From positions 32,001-96,000 of the IMG/VR virus record IMGVR_UViG_3300014205_000177: a stretch of DNA of 64,000 nt; one strand, written 5' to 3'. The stretch is from a virus (taxonomy: Duplodnaviria > Caudoviricetes). The position numbers and the translations under genes were made by a program. Of the stretch, positions 1 to 9,884 are shown piece by piece. The stretch's first letter is position 1. Each line of letters starts with the position of its first letter. The notes beneath the pieces were generated by a model. The model was not told the DNA's origin. It was given only the letters and a program-made list of their open reading frames with translations, and searched no databases.

Positions 1-13
1 AGAAGTTAATTCC

Positions 14-415
14 TTGTTTAAAATATTTTATATCAATGACACCTCTAAAAAGAATAGATGTGTGGAAAGCATTTTATTGCATGGGTATTCGTGTATTAAT
101 ATATTTATTAATATTTGGAATAATACATACGGAAACGATTTTATATTTGGATTTGTATCCGAGGAATATTATACCACATATGGTATTAAAGTGTTTTCTT
201 TTTCTGAATTTCTGGGGGAGCAAGGTTTAATACCAGTTATTGGAGTAACATATTTTGTTATTTCACTATCAAGAGGGAAATGGGTAATAAAAAAGTTAAT
301 ATATAACGAAGAAAATAAACATTTGTTTGGATTTGAAAACTTTTATCTAACTAGAAAAGAAGCAGTTTATGAAAAAGAATGGATGTTGAGTATTATTGAG
401 TATTATAATGAATAA
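14..415 (+). CDS. hypothetical phage protein (may be 5'-truncated at window edge)
   Basis: ORF track; TTG start at window edge; no recognisable motif. Confidence 0.5.
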   Translation: MFKIFYINDTSKKNRCVESILLHGYSCINIFINIWNNTYGNDFIFGFVSEEYYTTYGIKVFSFSEFLGEQGLIPVIGVTYFVISLSRGKWVIKKLIYNEENKHLFGFENFYLTRKEAVYEKEWMLSIIEYYNE

Positions 416-453
416 AAATGATAATTAAAATATAAATAATAAGGAGATTTAAA

Positions 454-1524
454 ATGTCATTTTTCGGAGTAACTAAAGAGGTATTAGAATTTGTAAACAC
501 TCATCCAAACGCAGACAGATTGGATATTGGAAAACTTGAAGGTTCTAATTTTCAATTTGTAATACCAAAAGATAAATTTAAAGCCGGTGATGTAGTCCTT
601 TATTTTCCAATAGATTCTTTAATCCCAGAAAAAGTTCTTCAAGAAATCGGACTATTAGGACTTCTCTGTGGAAAAAACCAAAATAGAGTTAAAACCAAAT
701 GTATAAGGGGAGAAATATCTCAGGGGTTAGTTGAACCTATTGATTTACTTGATAGGTTGTCTTTTCCAAAAACAAACGAAATGTCTCCGGAAATTCTCAC
801 TGAGTTTCTAGGTGTAGAAAAGTACGAACCAGAAGCTATTCTAGAAGGAGGAGCTAATCTTTTACCGTTGCCAAATTTTCTTTCGGTTTATGACATTGAA
901 GGTTGTGAAAGATATCCAGATGTAGTAGAAGAATTGATGGATGTTGGAGTTTTTATATCGGAAAAAATAGAAGGAACGAATGTATCGTTTTCTGCCAATG
1001 TTGAGAAGGATGGAAAAATTACCTTTTTTACTAATCAAAGAAACTATACTCTTTTGGAAATAGATGGACGCAAGCATTCTTTATGGGAAATGTTTAGAAA
1101 GCTCAAGATGGACAATATTCTTACAATGTTAATATCAACGGAAGGTGCTAGTAATGTAACAATCTATGGGGAGTTTATTGGTCCTAAAGTTCAAGGTAAT
1201 CCATATAAATTAAAATCTCATGAATTTTTAGTTTTTGATATCAAGATAGATGGAAGATTTATGTCATTCTCTGAGATGTTCCTTACCACACTTCACTATC
1301 GACTAGGGGCTGTTCCAACTATATCTTGTAGCGAAACGTTAAGGGATGTTTTGAATGGTAAGACCATAACTGAATACTCTAATGGTAAATCTTTACTTAA
1401 TCCTAGTGTTTTAAGAGAGGGTATTGTTATTAAACCTCTTACAGAAAAGTACTCAGAGAGTCTCAAAGGAAGGCTTATTATTAAAAAAAGAGACCCCATA
1501 TATTTATCGAAAGGAGAATATTAA
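454..1524 (+). CDS. ATP-dependent RNA ligase, DRB0094/Rnl2-like, with N-terminal OB domain
   Basis: HPNADRLD N-terminus, motif I EKIEGTN, IYGEFIG, FLVFDI, REGIVIK; SD AAGGAG. Confidence 0.88.
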   Translation: MSFFGVTKEVLEFVNTHPNADRLDIGKLEGSNFQFVIPKDKFKAGDVVLYFPIDSLIPEKVLQEIGLLGLLCGKNQNRVKTKCIRGEISQGLVEPIDLLDRLSFPKTNEMSPEILTEFLGVEKYEPEAILEGGANLLPLPNFLSVYDIEGCERYPDVVEELMDVGVFISEKIEGTNVSFSANVEKDGKITFFTNQRNYTLLEIDGRKHSLWEMFRKLKMDNILTMLISTEGASNVTIYGEFIGPKVQGNPYKLKSHEFLVFDIKIDGRFMSFSEMFLTTLHYRLGAVPTISCSETLRDVLNGKTITEYSNGKSLLNPSVLREGIVIKPLTEKYSESLKGRLIIKKRDPIYLSKGEY

Positions 1525-1591
1525 TTTTTATTTATATCAGGTTATATAAGTTTCAATAATTTTAAAACAACAAAAACAAAGGGATGATAAA

Positions 1592-1882
1592 ATGAAATTT
1601 CTCGTAACTTATACTGGATTTTTAAAAGATGAAGTTGAATTGTGGGGATATAAGATATATTCAGAAGACGAATTTAATGAAGAAGACATTAAGGAAGCCA
1701 TTTTAAAACAAGATGGAGAAATGTATAGACTGAAGGATGGAAATTCTATAGAAATGAGTTTTGAGGATTTTCAAGTAAAGAAAATAGACGAAAATCAACA
1801 TAACCATATTATAAGTATTTTTGGTGGAATAAGTTGCGGACACTTCCCTGAATTGTTTTCTTCAGGTGAAATATGTTTTTAA
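1592..1882 (+). CDS. hypothetical protein
   Basis: ORF with upstream purine-rich SD, operon packing. Confidence 0.6.
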   Translation: MKFLVTYTGFLKDEVELWGYKIYSEDEFNEEDIKEAILKQDGEMYRLKDGNSIEMSFEDFQVKKIDENQHNHIISIFGGISCGHFPELFSSGEICF

Positions 1883-2166
1883 ATAGATTCAGAATGTTAT
1901 TAATTATTTTTGCGTTAATTTTATTCATAACTGTTTCTTTTATGAATTTTTTATCAAAAAAGACTACGCATAATACAAAATACTATTTGATAGAGATATT
2001 TATTTCAAATAATACATATAAATACATATATGTTCAAGGTGGAGACTTGACTTATATAAATAGATGTGTTATTATAAAAGATGATTGTTATCCTTTCAAT
2101 GATAAAATAGTAATATCTGGAGATTTTATAATAACTTTGGTTAAGGAAGAACCGTGTAAAAAATAA
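1873..2166 (+). CDS. small membrane-anchored protein
   Basis: N-terminal hydrophobic helix. Confidence 0.55.
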   Translation: MFLNRFRMLLIIFALILFITVSFMNFLSKKTTHNTKYYLIEIFISNNTYKYIYVQGGDLTYINRCVIIKDDCYPFNDKIVISGDFIITLVKEEPCKK

Positions 2167-2175
2167 GAGATAATA

Positions 2176-2670
2176 ATGGATAATAATTTTTTAGTTAATG
2201 GGGAAATATTTTATGTAAGAATTAATAATGTAAATGAATTTCATCAATATTTATACATTATGATGTTCATCTATAAATTTAAAACCATTGGAAATGTAAG
2301 TTTTGATAGTTATTTTGAAATGAAAAAAAATATGATAGAATGGATAGATGAAGATTCAGGATTATTTGGACATGTAAATAGATATCATCCCTTTTTTACA
2401 ATAGAACGTCGGCTTTTAGGAAACATACCTTATAATATGAAAGTTTTTACATTAAGCAATTTTAAAATATGGAAAAATTTAATGGGACACATCCCCCCAC
2501 TAAATAAATCAATATATTATTATATATCATTTAAAGAACCATATATTAACACAGAAGAATGGACTGAAAACTGTTTAGATAAACAAAGATTATTTTTCGG
2601 TAATGTTTTTATAGATGAAAGAGAAGCTAAATACTCAATTGAATTATTAAAAAAGGAGAAAATTATATGA
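2176..2670 (+). CDS. hypothetical protein
   Basis: ORF, ATGA overlap with next gene. Confidence 0.6.
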   Translation: MDNNFLVNGEIFYVRINNVNEFHQYLYIMMFIYKFKTIGNVSFDSYFEMKKNMIEWIDEDSGLFGHVNRYHPFFTIERRLLGNIPYNMKVFTLSNFKIWKNLMGHIPPLNKSIYYYISFKEPYINTEEWTENCLDKQRLFFGNVFIDEREAKYSIELLKKEKII

Positions 2671-3491
2671 AAAACTGGGAAGGTTCTGCAAAATATTGGG
2701 AAAAAGCTTTTAACCCAGTAATAGGGTGCAATAAGATTTCTGAAGGATGTTTAAACTGTTATGCCAAAGGAGTTGTTGAAAGATTCGGAATTAATGACGG
2801 TGATTTTAAACCTACTGTTATGACAAATGCAAAAGCTCCAAAATCTGGGATTGTTTTTGTTGGTAACATGACTGACATTTTTGGTGAGTGGGTTTCTCAT
2901 CATCAGCTTTTTGACATTCTTTACTCTTTAAATGATAAAGCAATCAACTTAATTTTAACCAAAAGAGCAAAAAGATTTAACGATTTTGCATGGCGTAAAG
3001 AAGAATGTTGGTTCGGAGTTACTTGCGAGAATCAGACAAGAGCAGACGAAAGAATACCAGAATTATTGAAAGCTGATGTATTACACAGATGGCTTTCACT
3101 GGAGCCTTTACTTGGTGAAATTGATTTACAACATATAACTAGAAGTTGCGAACGTGGGCTTGGTGAATATGTAGATTGTTTAACAGGAGAAGATTGGCAA
3201 GAATCTTCAATATTTGGTGGAAGTAGATGTGGGTTGGAGCCAGACGAATATTATGAAAAAAGAATTAAATTGGTTGTAATAGGAGCAGAATCACTGGGAA
3301 ACAATGCAGGACGTGAATGTAAAATTGAATGGATTGAAAAAGCAGTTAATGATTGCTTAAAGGCTGGTGTCCCTGTTTTTGTTAAACAAATACATATTGA
3401 TGGTAAATTAATAAAAGACATAAATAAGTTTCCTGAGCATTTAAGAATAAGACAAATACCAGATAAATTTAAAAATTATAAAGGAAATTAA
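2667..3491 (+). CDS. phage Gp37/Gp68 (DUF5131) radical-SAM-like protein
   Basis: NPVIGCNKISEGCLNCYA, FVGNMTDIF, LTKR, GVTCENQ, LSLEPLLG, GAES, FVKQ motifs. Confidence 0.88.
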   Translation: MKNWEGSAKYWEKAFNPVIGCNKISEGCLNCYAKGVVERFGINDGDFKPTVMTNAKAPKSGIVFVGNMTDIFGEWVSHHQLFDILYSLNDKAINLILTKRAKRFNDFAWRKEECWFGVTCENQTRADERIPELLKADVLHRWLSLEPLLGEIDLQHITRSCERGLGEYVDCLTGEDWQESSIFGGSRCGLEPDEYYEKRIKLVVIGAESLGNNAGRECKIEWIEKAVNDCLKAGVPVFVKQIHIDGKLIKDINKFPEHLRIRQIPDKFKNYKGN

Positions 3492-3492
3492 A

Positions 3493-3696
3493 ATGGCATT
3501 GTCAGGAAGAACAATAAACGAATTAGAAATAGAAATAGAGATCAAATCTGAAATAAAAATATTAAAAGAAACGGTTAAACGTTTAGAAGAAAGAATAAAA
3601 CGGTTAGAAAAACTTGAAAAAACTAAAATTGATGATAGGTTTACCAACAAATGGAACGAATTAGTAGATAGCAATCATCCAAAAATAAGGTATTAA
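3493..3696 (+). CDS. small coiled-coil protein
   Basis: heptad-like KRLEERIKRLEKLEK; SD AAGGA. Confidence 0.55.
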   Translation: MALSGRTINELEIEIEIKSEIKILKETVKRLEERIKRLEKLEKTKIDDRFTNKWNELVDSNHPKIRY

Positions 3697-3698
3697 AT

Positions 3699-5879
3699 AT
3701 GTTTATTTATCAAAATGGCGGTTTACCAATCAAAGTATGGGTTGACCAACAAGAATATTATGCTGATTCTGGATTGACTCAGCAAACAGAAGCACTAGCA
3801 AGACACCCATTCGCATTTAAACACGTTTCCTTGACCCCTGATGGACATTTAGGTAAAGGTATGCCTATTGGTGGAGTTTTAGCAATGAAGGGTGCTGTGT
3901 GTCCTAATGCTGTTGGAGTGGATATAGGTTGCGTTGATAAGGATACCGAATATCTAAGTGAAGAAGGCTGGGTGAAAATATCTGAATATAAAGGGGAGAA
4001 AATAGCAGAGTATAACGCAGAAGACAATTCTACGGTCTTTAGAACGCCAATCAACTATGTTGTGTTACCAGAGACTAAGTTTTATTACTTAAAAACCAAA
4101 TATGGTATTAATCAAATGCTTTCTGGTGAACATACTGTATTATTAGAAAAAGGAGTTCATCACAGGAAAGGTATGATTGGTAAGAAATATACAATGAAGA
4201 TGGAAGAATTATATAATTATCATCAAAATAGAGTTTTAGGAATGAGAGATTACTTTATTAATGAGATACCAAATTTGATAATAAACACATCAATTCCATT
4301 GACCGACGAAAAAATAAGAATTCAGGTTATGGTCATGGCGGATGGCTGTTTGGATACTAAATCAAGTTGCGTGTGTAGATTTAGAAAGTCAAGGAAAATA
4401 AAAAGGGCAGAAGAACTATTATCGGATTCAGAAATAAAGTACACTAAAGGCATATCTAAAAATGGAGATGTTTGGTTTCGATTTAAACCACCATTGATGG
4501 AAAAAAGAATCGGGGTATTTAAAAATGCCTCAGTAGAGCAATTGAAAATAATTGAAGATGAGATTATGCATTGGGATTTTGATACAACGCAAAATTCATT
4601 TTGCAGTAAATATAAAGAGGATGTTGATTTTGTACAATATGTATTTGCAACACAAGGGAAAAGAACATCCATTAACTACGATAACAGGTCGGATAAAGAG
4701 ACATACAGATGTTTATTATCCAAAGGTAAGCCTAGAGTACAACTAGGTGGAACCCCTAAAACAGACATAAAGATAGTAGATTCTGAAGATGGTTTAAAAT
4801 ACTGCTTCACCACGTCTACTGGTTTTTGGATTATGCGAAGAGGTGGCTGTATCTGTGTAACGGGCAATTGTGGAATGATGGCTGTTAAAACTGACTATAA
4901 AGCCAGTTCTTTTTCTAAAGAGGACCTGATTGAAATTATTCATTTAATCAAAGAAAAAATTCCAGTTGGATGCAATCATCAACAAACTAATAGGCATAGG
5001 AAAGAAGCTAGTAATCTATTCAATAATTACATAACATCTTGCTTTGAAAAAAAATTAACAATTAATCCTGATATTAATATAGAAGCTATTTATAGTCAAC
5101 TTGGAACTCTTGGTGGAGGAAACCATTTTGGAGAATTTCAATCAGATATTGAAGATAATCTTTGGATTATGTTGCATAGCGGTTCTCGTAATATTGGATT
5201 AAAAATTGCAAATCGTCATGCTGTAAAAGCCAAAGAAATATGTAAGAAATACAAAACTCCACTTCCAAATGATGACTTAGCTATATTGTTGACCGATTCA
5301 CAAGAGGGTTTAGAGTATTTGAATGATATGGAATTTGCTATTCAATTTTCTTTTATGAATAGAATGTTAATGTTGGCTGATATTAAAGCCGTGTTGGTTA
5401 AATATACTGGAAATGATTCCTTTATATGTACATCTAAGGATATAGACGACCCAAATTCTACAGTGTTTATTAATATCCATCATAATTTTGCTGCTCTTGA
5501 AAATCACTTCGGAGAAAATGTTTTTGTACATAGAAAAGGAGCTACAAGAGTAAGACCAAATATCGTTGGAATTATTCCTGGTTCCATGTCTTCTTCTTCT
5601 TATATAGTAAGGGGAAAAGATACGGAAGAATTAAAAAAATCATTCTCGTCTTGTTCTCATGGAGCAGGAAGAACAATGTCAAGAACTAAAGCCAAGGAAA
5701 ACCTGAGCATTGACAAGTTTCGAAAGGATATGGGAAATATAGCATCTGTAGATATTGACTTTTCCCATCTTGATGAATCTGGTGATGCTTATAAAAACAT
5801 TCAGAATGTTATGAGTAATCAATCAGAACTTGTTGAGATAATTCACGAGTTAAAACCAATAATGAATTTCAAAGGGTGA
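3699..5879 (+). CDS. rtcB: RtcB RNA 3'-phosphate/5'-OH ligase containing an intein
   Basis: PDGHLGKGMPIG, VGVDIG/CGM, GTLGGGNHF, HSGSR, HRKGA, PGSM, SHGAGR, DESGDAYK. Confidence 0.95.
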   Translation: MFIYQNGGLPIKVWVDQQEYYADSGLTQQTEALARHPFAFKHVSLTPDGHLGKGMPIGGVLAMKGAVCPNAVGVDIGCVDKDTEYLSEEGWVKISEYKGEKIAEYNAEDNSTVFRTPINYVVLPETKFYYLKTKYGINQMLSGEHTVLLEKGVHHRKGMIGKKYTMKMEELYNYHQNRVLGMRDYFINEIPNLIINTSIPLTDEKIRIQVMVMADGCLDTKSSCVCRFRKSRKIKRAEELLSDSEIKYTKGISKNGDVWFRFKPPLMEKRIGVFKNASVEQLKIIEDEIMHWDFDTTQNSFCSKYKEDVDFVQYVFATQGKRTSINYDNRSDKETYRCLLSKGKPRVQLGGTPKTDIKIVDSEDGLKYCFTTSTGFWIMRRGGCICVTGNCGMMAVKTDYKASSFSKEDLIEIIHLIKEKIPVGCNHQQTNRHRKEASNLFNNYITSCFEKKLTINPDINIEAIYSQLGTLGGGNHFGEFQSDIEDNLWIMLHSGSRNIGLKIANRHAVKAKEICKKYKTPLPNDDLAILLTDSQEGLEYLNDMEFAIQFSFMNRMLMLADIKAVLVKYTGNDSFICTSKDIDDPNSTVFINIHHNFAALENHFGENVFVHRKGATRVRPNIVGIIPGSMSSSSYIVRGKDTEELKKSFSSCSHGAGRTMSRTKAKENLSIDKFRKDMGNIASVDIDFSHLDESGDAYKNIQNVMSNQSELVEIIHELKPIMNFKG
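3930..4868 (+). mobile_element. intein (313 aa) in RtcB with LAGLIDADG-type core
   Basis: begins CVDKDTEYL, block B SGEH, VMADG, ends YCFTTSTGFW...TGN followed by extein Cys; removal restores GVDIG-CGM. Confidence 0.9.
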
Positions 5880-5880
5880 T

Positions 5881-6060
5881 ATGACAATAGTAAAAACATT
5901 TAGAAGCAAAAGGGAAATACTTAAAGAACTAAACGCAGAAAAAATACTAAATAAACATCAATGCAAAGGCGGATAAAGAAATGAAAAAGAATGGAAACCA
6001 ACTATAGATAAAGACAGTGTAACGTTCGAACTTAAAAAAGTAAAAGAAGATAAACAATGA
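5881..6060 (+). pseudogene. interrupted small ORF (in-frame TAA at 5974-5976)
   Basis: distal part EKEWKPTIDKDSVTFELK resembles the C-terminus of ORF 9540..9884. Confidence 0.4.
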
Positions 6061-6362
6061 GAAATAAATTAATAAACATTACCTATGATTATACAAATTC
6101 AACAAATCTTTCATTCGCAGAAGTGGAAGAAGCAATAAAAGCTGGTGTTGAAAATATTCACACAACTTGCCTTAACTTCTTTGACTTCGCAGTTTTAGAA
6201 TTAGGTTATGATGTAATCGTAGTTAAGAAAAATCTTGACAGTATTATATTGGAGGATTTACTAGATTCTTCAACAAATGTGTATACAGAAAAGGAAATAC
6301 GGAGAGCTCATAATGTGAGTAAAATGCTAATAGCTGGGGCTTTTAAATTTAAAGAACTATAA
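6057..6362 (+). CDS. hypothetical phage protein
   Basis: ORF track, operon packing. Confidence 0.65.
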   Translation: MRNKLINITYDYTNSTNLSFAEVEEAIKAGVENIHTTCLNFFDFAVLELGYDVIVVKKNLDSIILEDLLDSSTNVYTEKEIRRAHNVSKMLIAGAFKFKEL

Positions 6363-6381
6363 TATAAAAAGGAAGGCGTAA

Positions 6382-6741
6382 ATGTGGAAATTTATGTTTA
6401 TTTACCCGTATTTGTTTCTTTCGGCTGTTTATTCAACTGGTAAAAAATTCTATATAGGTCTTGCGTGGTTATTATTATGGATTATAATTACCTTGTGTGG
6501 CTATAGACCTTGCCTTATTATAGGACAAATATTATTTGAAATATCTGGACAATCACTACCTAAAGGTACTCCAATATTACTTGATAATATTTATCTTTCA
6601 CTAATTGGGGCTGTGATAATAATGATAATAGGCTTAATATTAGTTTTATTTGCAAAACTTGTACATATTATTGGAGAGTATATTGAAAGAGTTGGAGCTG
6701 AATTTAAACAAAAAAGAGATAGATACTTAACAAAAAAATAA
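6382..6741 (+). CDS. membrane protein
   Basis: 2-3 hydrophobic segments, basic C-terminus. Confidence 0.6.
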   Translation: MWKFMFIYPYLFLSAVYSTGKKFYIGLAWLLLWIIITLCGYRPCLIIGQILFEISGQSLPKGTPILLDNIYLSLIGAVIIMIIGLILVLFAKLVHIIGEYIERVGAEFKQKRDRYLTKK

Positions 6742-6750
6742 GGTTAAATT

Positions 6751-7077
6751 ATGAATGAATTTTATTTAGTGTTTTTGATATATGCTATACCAACAATCAT
6801 AATGGCATGTACTCCTGTAGATAGATGGTTATTAACTTGCGACCAAGATAAAATAATTATTATAGTATCTTTATGTTCGGGAATAATTGGATATGTAGGA
6901 AGTAATATTTATTTTCTATTTAATGGAACTTGGAAGTTACAATCATTAATAGTTAGTTTCCAGTTTGGGTTGCTTTGCATTATTTTAGGGCTAATGGTTT
7001 TTGTCTGCTCATTAATGATGGGGTGTGCAATTAGATTATTTATTATATCGGTAATTGAAAAAATAAAAAAGGAGTAG
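6751..7077 (+). CDS. membrane protein (3 TM)
   Basis: three hydrophobic segments. Confidence 0.6.
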   Translation: MNEFYLVFLIYAIPTIIMACTPVDRWLLTCDQDKIIIIVSLCSGIIGYVGSNIYFLFNGTWKLQSLIVSFQFGLLCIILGLMVFVCSLMMGCAIRLFIISVIEKIKKE

Positions 7078-7081
7078 ATAA

Positions 7082-7345
7082 ATGAAATATTGCAAGGATT
7101 GCCGACATTTTATAAAAATAGATATTGGAGGATATAATCTATGTAAAAAATCAAGGCAGGTTTTAACTACAGAAGATGTGGTTAGTGGGAAAATAAGTAC
7201 CGTTTATTACAATGATTGTAAAGATTGCAGAACAGGAACTTACAGAACAATAAATATATGTGGAGAAGAGGCTAGATTGTTTAGTCATAAAAATATAATA
7301 ATTAGATTAGTACAGTGGATTAAATCAATACTAAAAGGAAAATAA
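7082..7345 (+). CDS. small Cys-rich protein
   Basis: CKDC twice plus further Cys; SD AAGGAG. Confidence 0.6.
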   Translation: MKYCKDCRHFIKIDIGGYNLCKKSRQVLTTEDVVSGKISTVYYNDCKDCRTGTYRTINICGEEARLFSHKNIIIRLVQWIKSILKGK

Positions 7346-7530
7346 TGTTTAAAAAAATATTAAAACTTTTTCACAAACATAAAATGGTTCACGATAAAGA
7401 ATTTGAATTACTTGGAACTAAATCGTGTAAATGCCATTGTTCTAAGTGTGGAGAAAAGATGTTCGGTTTTTTAATGCAAGGGGATTTTACCAAGGAATGG
7501 TATTGGATGTATGTTAAGGAGGAAAAATAA
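7345..7530 (+). CDS. small Zn-binding-like protein
   Basis: HKH...CSKC. Confidence 0.55.
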   Translation: MFKKILKLFHKHKMVHDKEFELLGTKSCKCHCSKCGEKMFGFLMQGDFTKEWYWMYVKEEK

Positions 7531-7866
7531 ATGATTAAAAATATATGGTTCGCTATAACAGCTTTTCTACAAGCTTCTTGGATAATGTGGCTATTCATAG
7601 CCCTTTTCATATTGTCCTATATAATAGGAAGGTTTGAAATGTCTTTATTTCCTTATAGTAATATAATAATGAATGATTGGATACTTAGACATGTGTTCCG
7701 CATATTGCTCGGTTTTTGGACCTTTGTTTCCTTGTATTTCCTTCATATTATAATTAATTTATTGCTTGCAGCTTCTGTGGATATTTGTAAGAATACGAAA
7801 ACCAACTACACCTATAAAAAATTCAAAGACTTTAAGGAAAGATACAACAAAGGAATAAAAAAATGA
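7531..7866 (+). CDS. membrane protein
   Basis: two hydrophobic segments; SD AAGGAGG. Confidence 0.6.
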   Translation: MIKNIWFAITAFLQASWIMWLFIALFILSYIIGRFEMSLFPYSNIIMNDWILRHVFRILLGFWTFVSLYFLHIIINLLLAASVDICKNTKTNYTYKKFKDFKERYNKGIKK

Positions 7867-8588
7867 AATATATGGGTAGTAAGTCTCGTATTGCAAAGTA
7901 CATAGTGCCAGTAATACAAAAATATATTGATATTAATAAAATACAATCTTACATAGAACCATTTGTCGGAGGTGCTAATGTTATTGATAAAATAAACTGT
8001 ACTAATAAAGTAGGATATGACTCAAACAAATACTTAATAGCTTTGTTCAGAGCACTTTTAGATGGGCTGGAATTACCAGAAACCATAGATAAAGAGTTGT
8101 ACAGTAGAGTAAGAAGTGATAAAGATTCACATCCAGATTGGTTTGTTGGTGCTGTTGGGTTTTTAGCAAGCTACAACGGAAGATTCTTTGATGGGGGATA
8201 CGCTCGACCAGGATATGAAAAGGTAAAAAACGGAACCAGATACAGAGATTATTACCGAGAATCCAAAGACAATATCCTCGCACAATTGCCGTTATTAAAA
8301 AATATTTCGTTTTATACAATTGATTTTAAAGATATTGTTGATATTAATAACTCTGTTATTTATTGTGACCCTCCATACCAAAATACAAAGCAATATGCTA
8401 ATGCTTTAAAATTTGACTATGAACTGTTTTGGAATAAAATTAGACAATGGAGCAATAATAATATTGTTTTAATTAGTGAAGAAAACGCCCCAGATGATTT
8501 TAAGTGTATCTGGGAACAAGAAGTAAGTAGGAGTATAAAAACTACAGATAAAAGTGTATCCGTTGAAAAACTCTTCATAAGGAAGTAA
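7863..8588 (+). CDS. DNA adenine methyltransferase (Dam/D12-class)
   Basis: KYMGSK, EPFVGG SAM motif, DPPY catalytic motif. Confidence 0.88.
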   Translation: MKYMGSKSRIAKYIVPVIQKYIDINKIQSYIEPFVGGANVIDKINCTNKVGYDSNKYLIALFRALLDGLELPETIDKELYSRVRSDKDSHPDWFVGAVGFLASYNGRFFDGGYARPGYEKVKNGTRYRDYYRESKDNILAQLPLLKNISFYTIDFKDIVDINNSVIYCDPPYQNTKQYANALKFDYELFWNKIRQWSNNNIVLISEENAPDDFKCIWEQEVSRSIKTTDKSVSVEKLFIRK

Positions 8589-8722
8589 TATGAACATTCA
8601 AGAAAAAACGAAATATTTGAAACAGCAGAACAAACTATTACTAGAGGATGGTTTGATACATTAAGCGAAGATAGTGAATTTATTAACAATTGCATTTATG
8701 CTAACAAAAGGATAAGTAACAA

Positions 8723-9076
8723 ATGAATCCAAGAGTAGAATATAAATTAACCGATGCAGATTTAAAAGAATTATTAGAAGCAAGCCGACCAACTCCAGTA
8801 ATGAGTATTGGAGGAAATACTTTTAGTTCACCGCAAGAAAATGCAAATAGAGCCTGGGCTAAATTAGGCGAAAGACTAAGATTTGACCCCATGTCTGTTC
8901 GTCCAATACAAGGAAAGGGGAATAAATTCTTTACGGCAATACCAAATGAGACTAAAGAACAAAAAGAAGAAAGACTTAAATTTGAATCTGAACAAAATAA
9001 AAAGGAAAAAATAGAAACTCTTAAAAAAGAGATAAAAGATAAAGAAGAAGAATTAAAGGAATTGACAAATGGATAA
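8723..9076 (+). CDS. hypothetical phage protein
   Basis: ORF, SD AAGGA, C-terminal coiled coil. Confidence 0.65.
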   Translation: MNPRVEYKLTDADLKELLEASRPTPVMSIGGNTFSSPQENANRAWAKLGERLRFDPMSVRPIQGKGNKFFTAIPNETKEQKEERLKFESEQNKKEKIETLKKEIKDKEEELKELTNG

Positions 9077-9365
9077 AGATATTTTAAAATTATTGAAAAA
9101 GCTCGAAAAATGTCTAAGAAATTATTCTAATGATGACAATTATACACTGGAAACCAGAACGTGTGAATTGATTGGAGCTAGAACACGAGTAGAAACATTT
9201 AATGACTTTAATGGTGATTCAAGAGCTGCAAAAAAGGGAATTAAAATAGTAAAAACAATAAAAAACAAACTTGGTAAAGGAAAGTGTTCTCACCCGTGCG
9301 AGGTATGCGGGAAAATAGCTTGTAAGGATATAAATAAACGAGAATTAGGAGATGGAAATGAATAA
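9069..9365 (+). CDS. hypothetical protein
   Basis: ORF overlap packing; CEVC motif. Confidence 0.55.
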   Translation: MDKDILKLLKKLEKCLRNYSNDDNYTLETRTCELIGARTRVETFNDFNGDSRAAKKGIKIVKTIKNKLGKGKCSHPCEVCGKIACKDINKRELGDGNE

Positions 9366-9543
9366 AGATAATTTTGATGGAATGATTCTTGGAATAATAA
9401 TCGGAATTATAATATGTATAGTTTCAATGGCTTCTATTATTCCTCGTATATATAAGAATGGACAAATTGACGCAATCAATGGGAATATTAAATATGAATT
9501 AAAAGCCATGCCAGATAATTCAATAGTATGGGTTAAAAAATGA
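9352..9543 (+). CDS. small membrane protein
   Basis: single TM followed by YKNGQIDAING. Confidence 0.6.
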   Translation: MEMNKDNFDGMILGIIIGIIICIVSMASIIPRIYKNGQIDAINGNIKYELKAMPDNSIVWVKK

Positions 9544-9884
9544 AAATTAAATTAATTATAAAATCTATATATGAAGAAAGTAAAGATGGAATACCTTTCA
9601 TCGCTTTTATAGCAATTTTGGCGTCGGTTTTGATTATTTGTGCTTTAATTGCTCATTATTTTAAATATGGTGTAGTTTTAATTGTTTCAATTCCTGTGTT
9701 GTGTTTCTTATATATGATTATTCATGAAGCAATCTGTTATTTTAAGCGTGTACGAGTAATTTATAAAAGAAAATTATATGAAACATATAAAAAAGAAAAC
9801 GAAGATAACCAAGTTGAAAAAGAATGGAAATCTACTAGAAATAAAAACAACGTGACTTTTGAACTTAAAAATAAAATGGATTGA
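9540..9884 (+). CDS. membrane protein
   Basis: two TM segments, charged tail. Confidence 0.6.
   Translation: MKIKLIIKSIYEESKDGIPFIAFIAILASVLIICALIAHYFKYGVVLIVSIPVLCFLYMIIHEAICYFKRVRVIYKRKLYETYKKENEDNQVEKEWKSTRNKNNVTFELKNKMD

Noticed and set aside
8589-8726. Possible frameshifted small gene or read-through extension of the methylase
   Set aside because: The frame is open but has no start or recognisable motif; cannot be distinguished from chance or a homopolymer error
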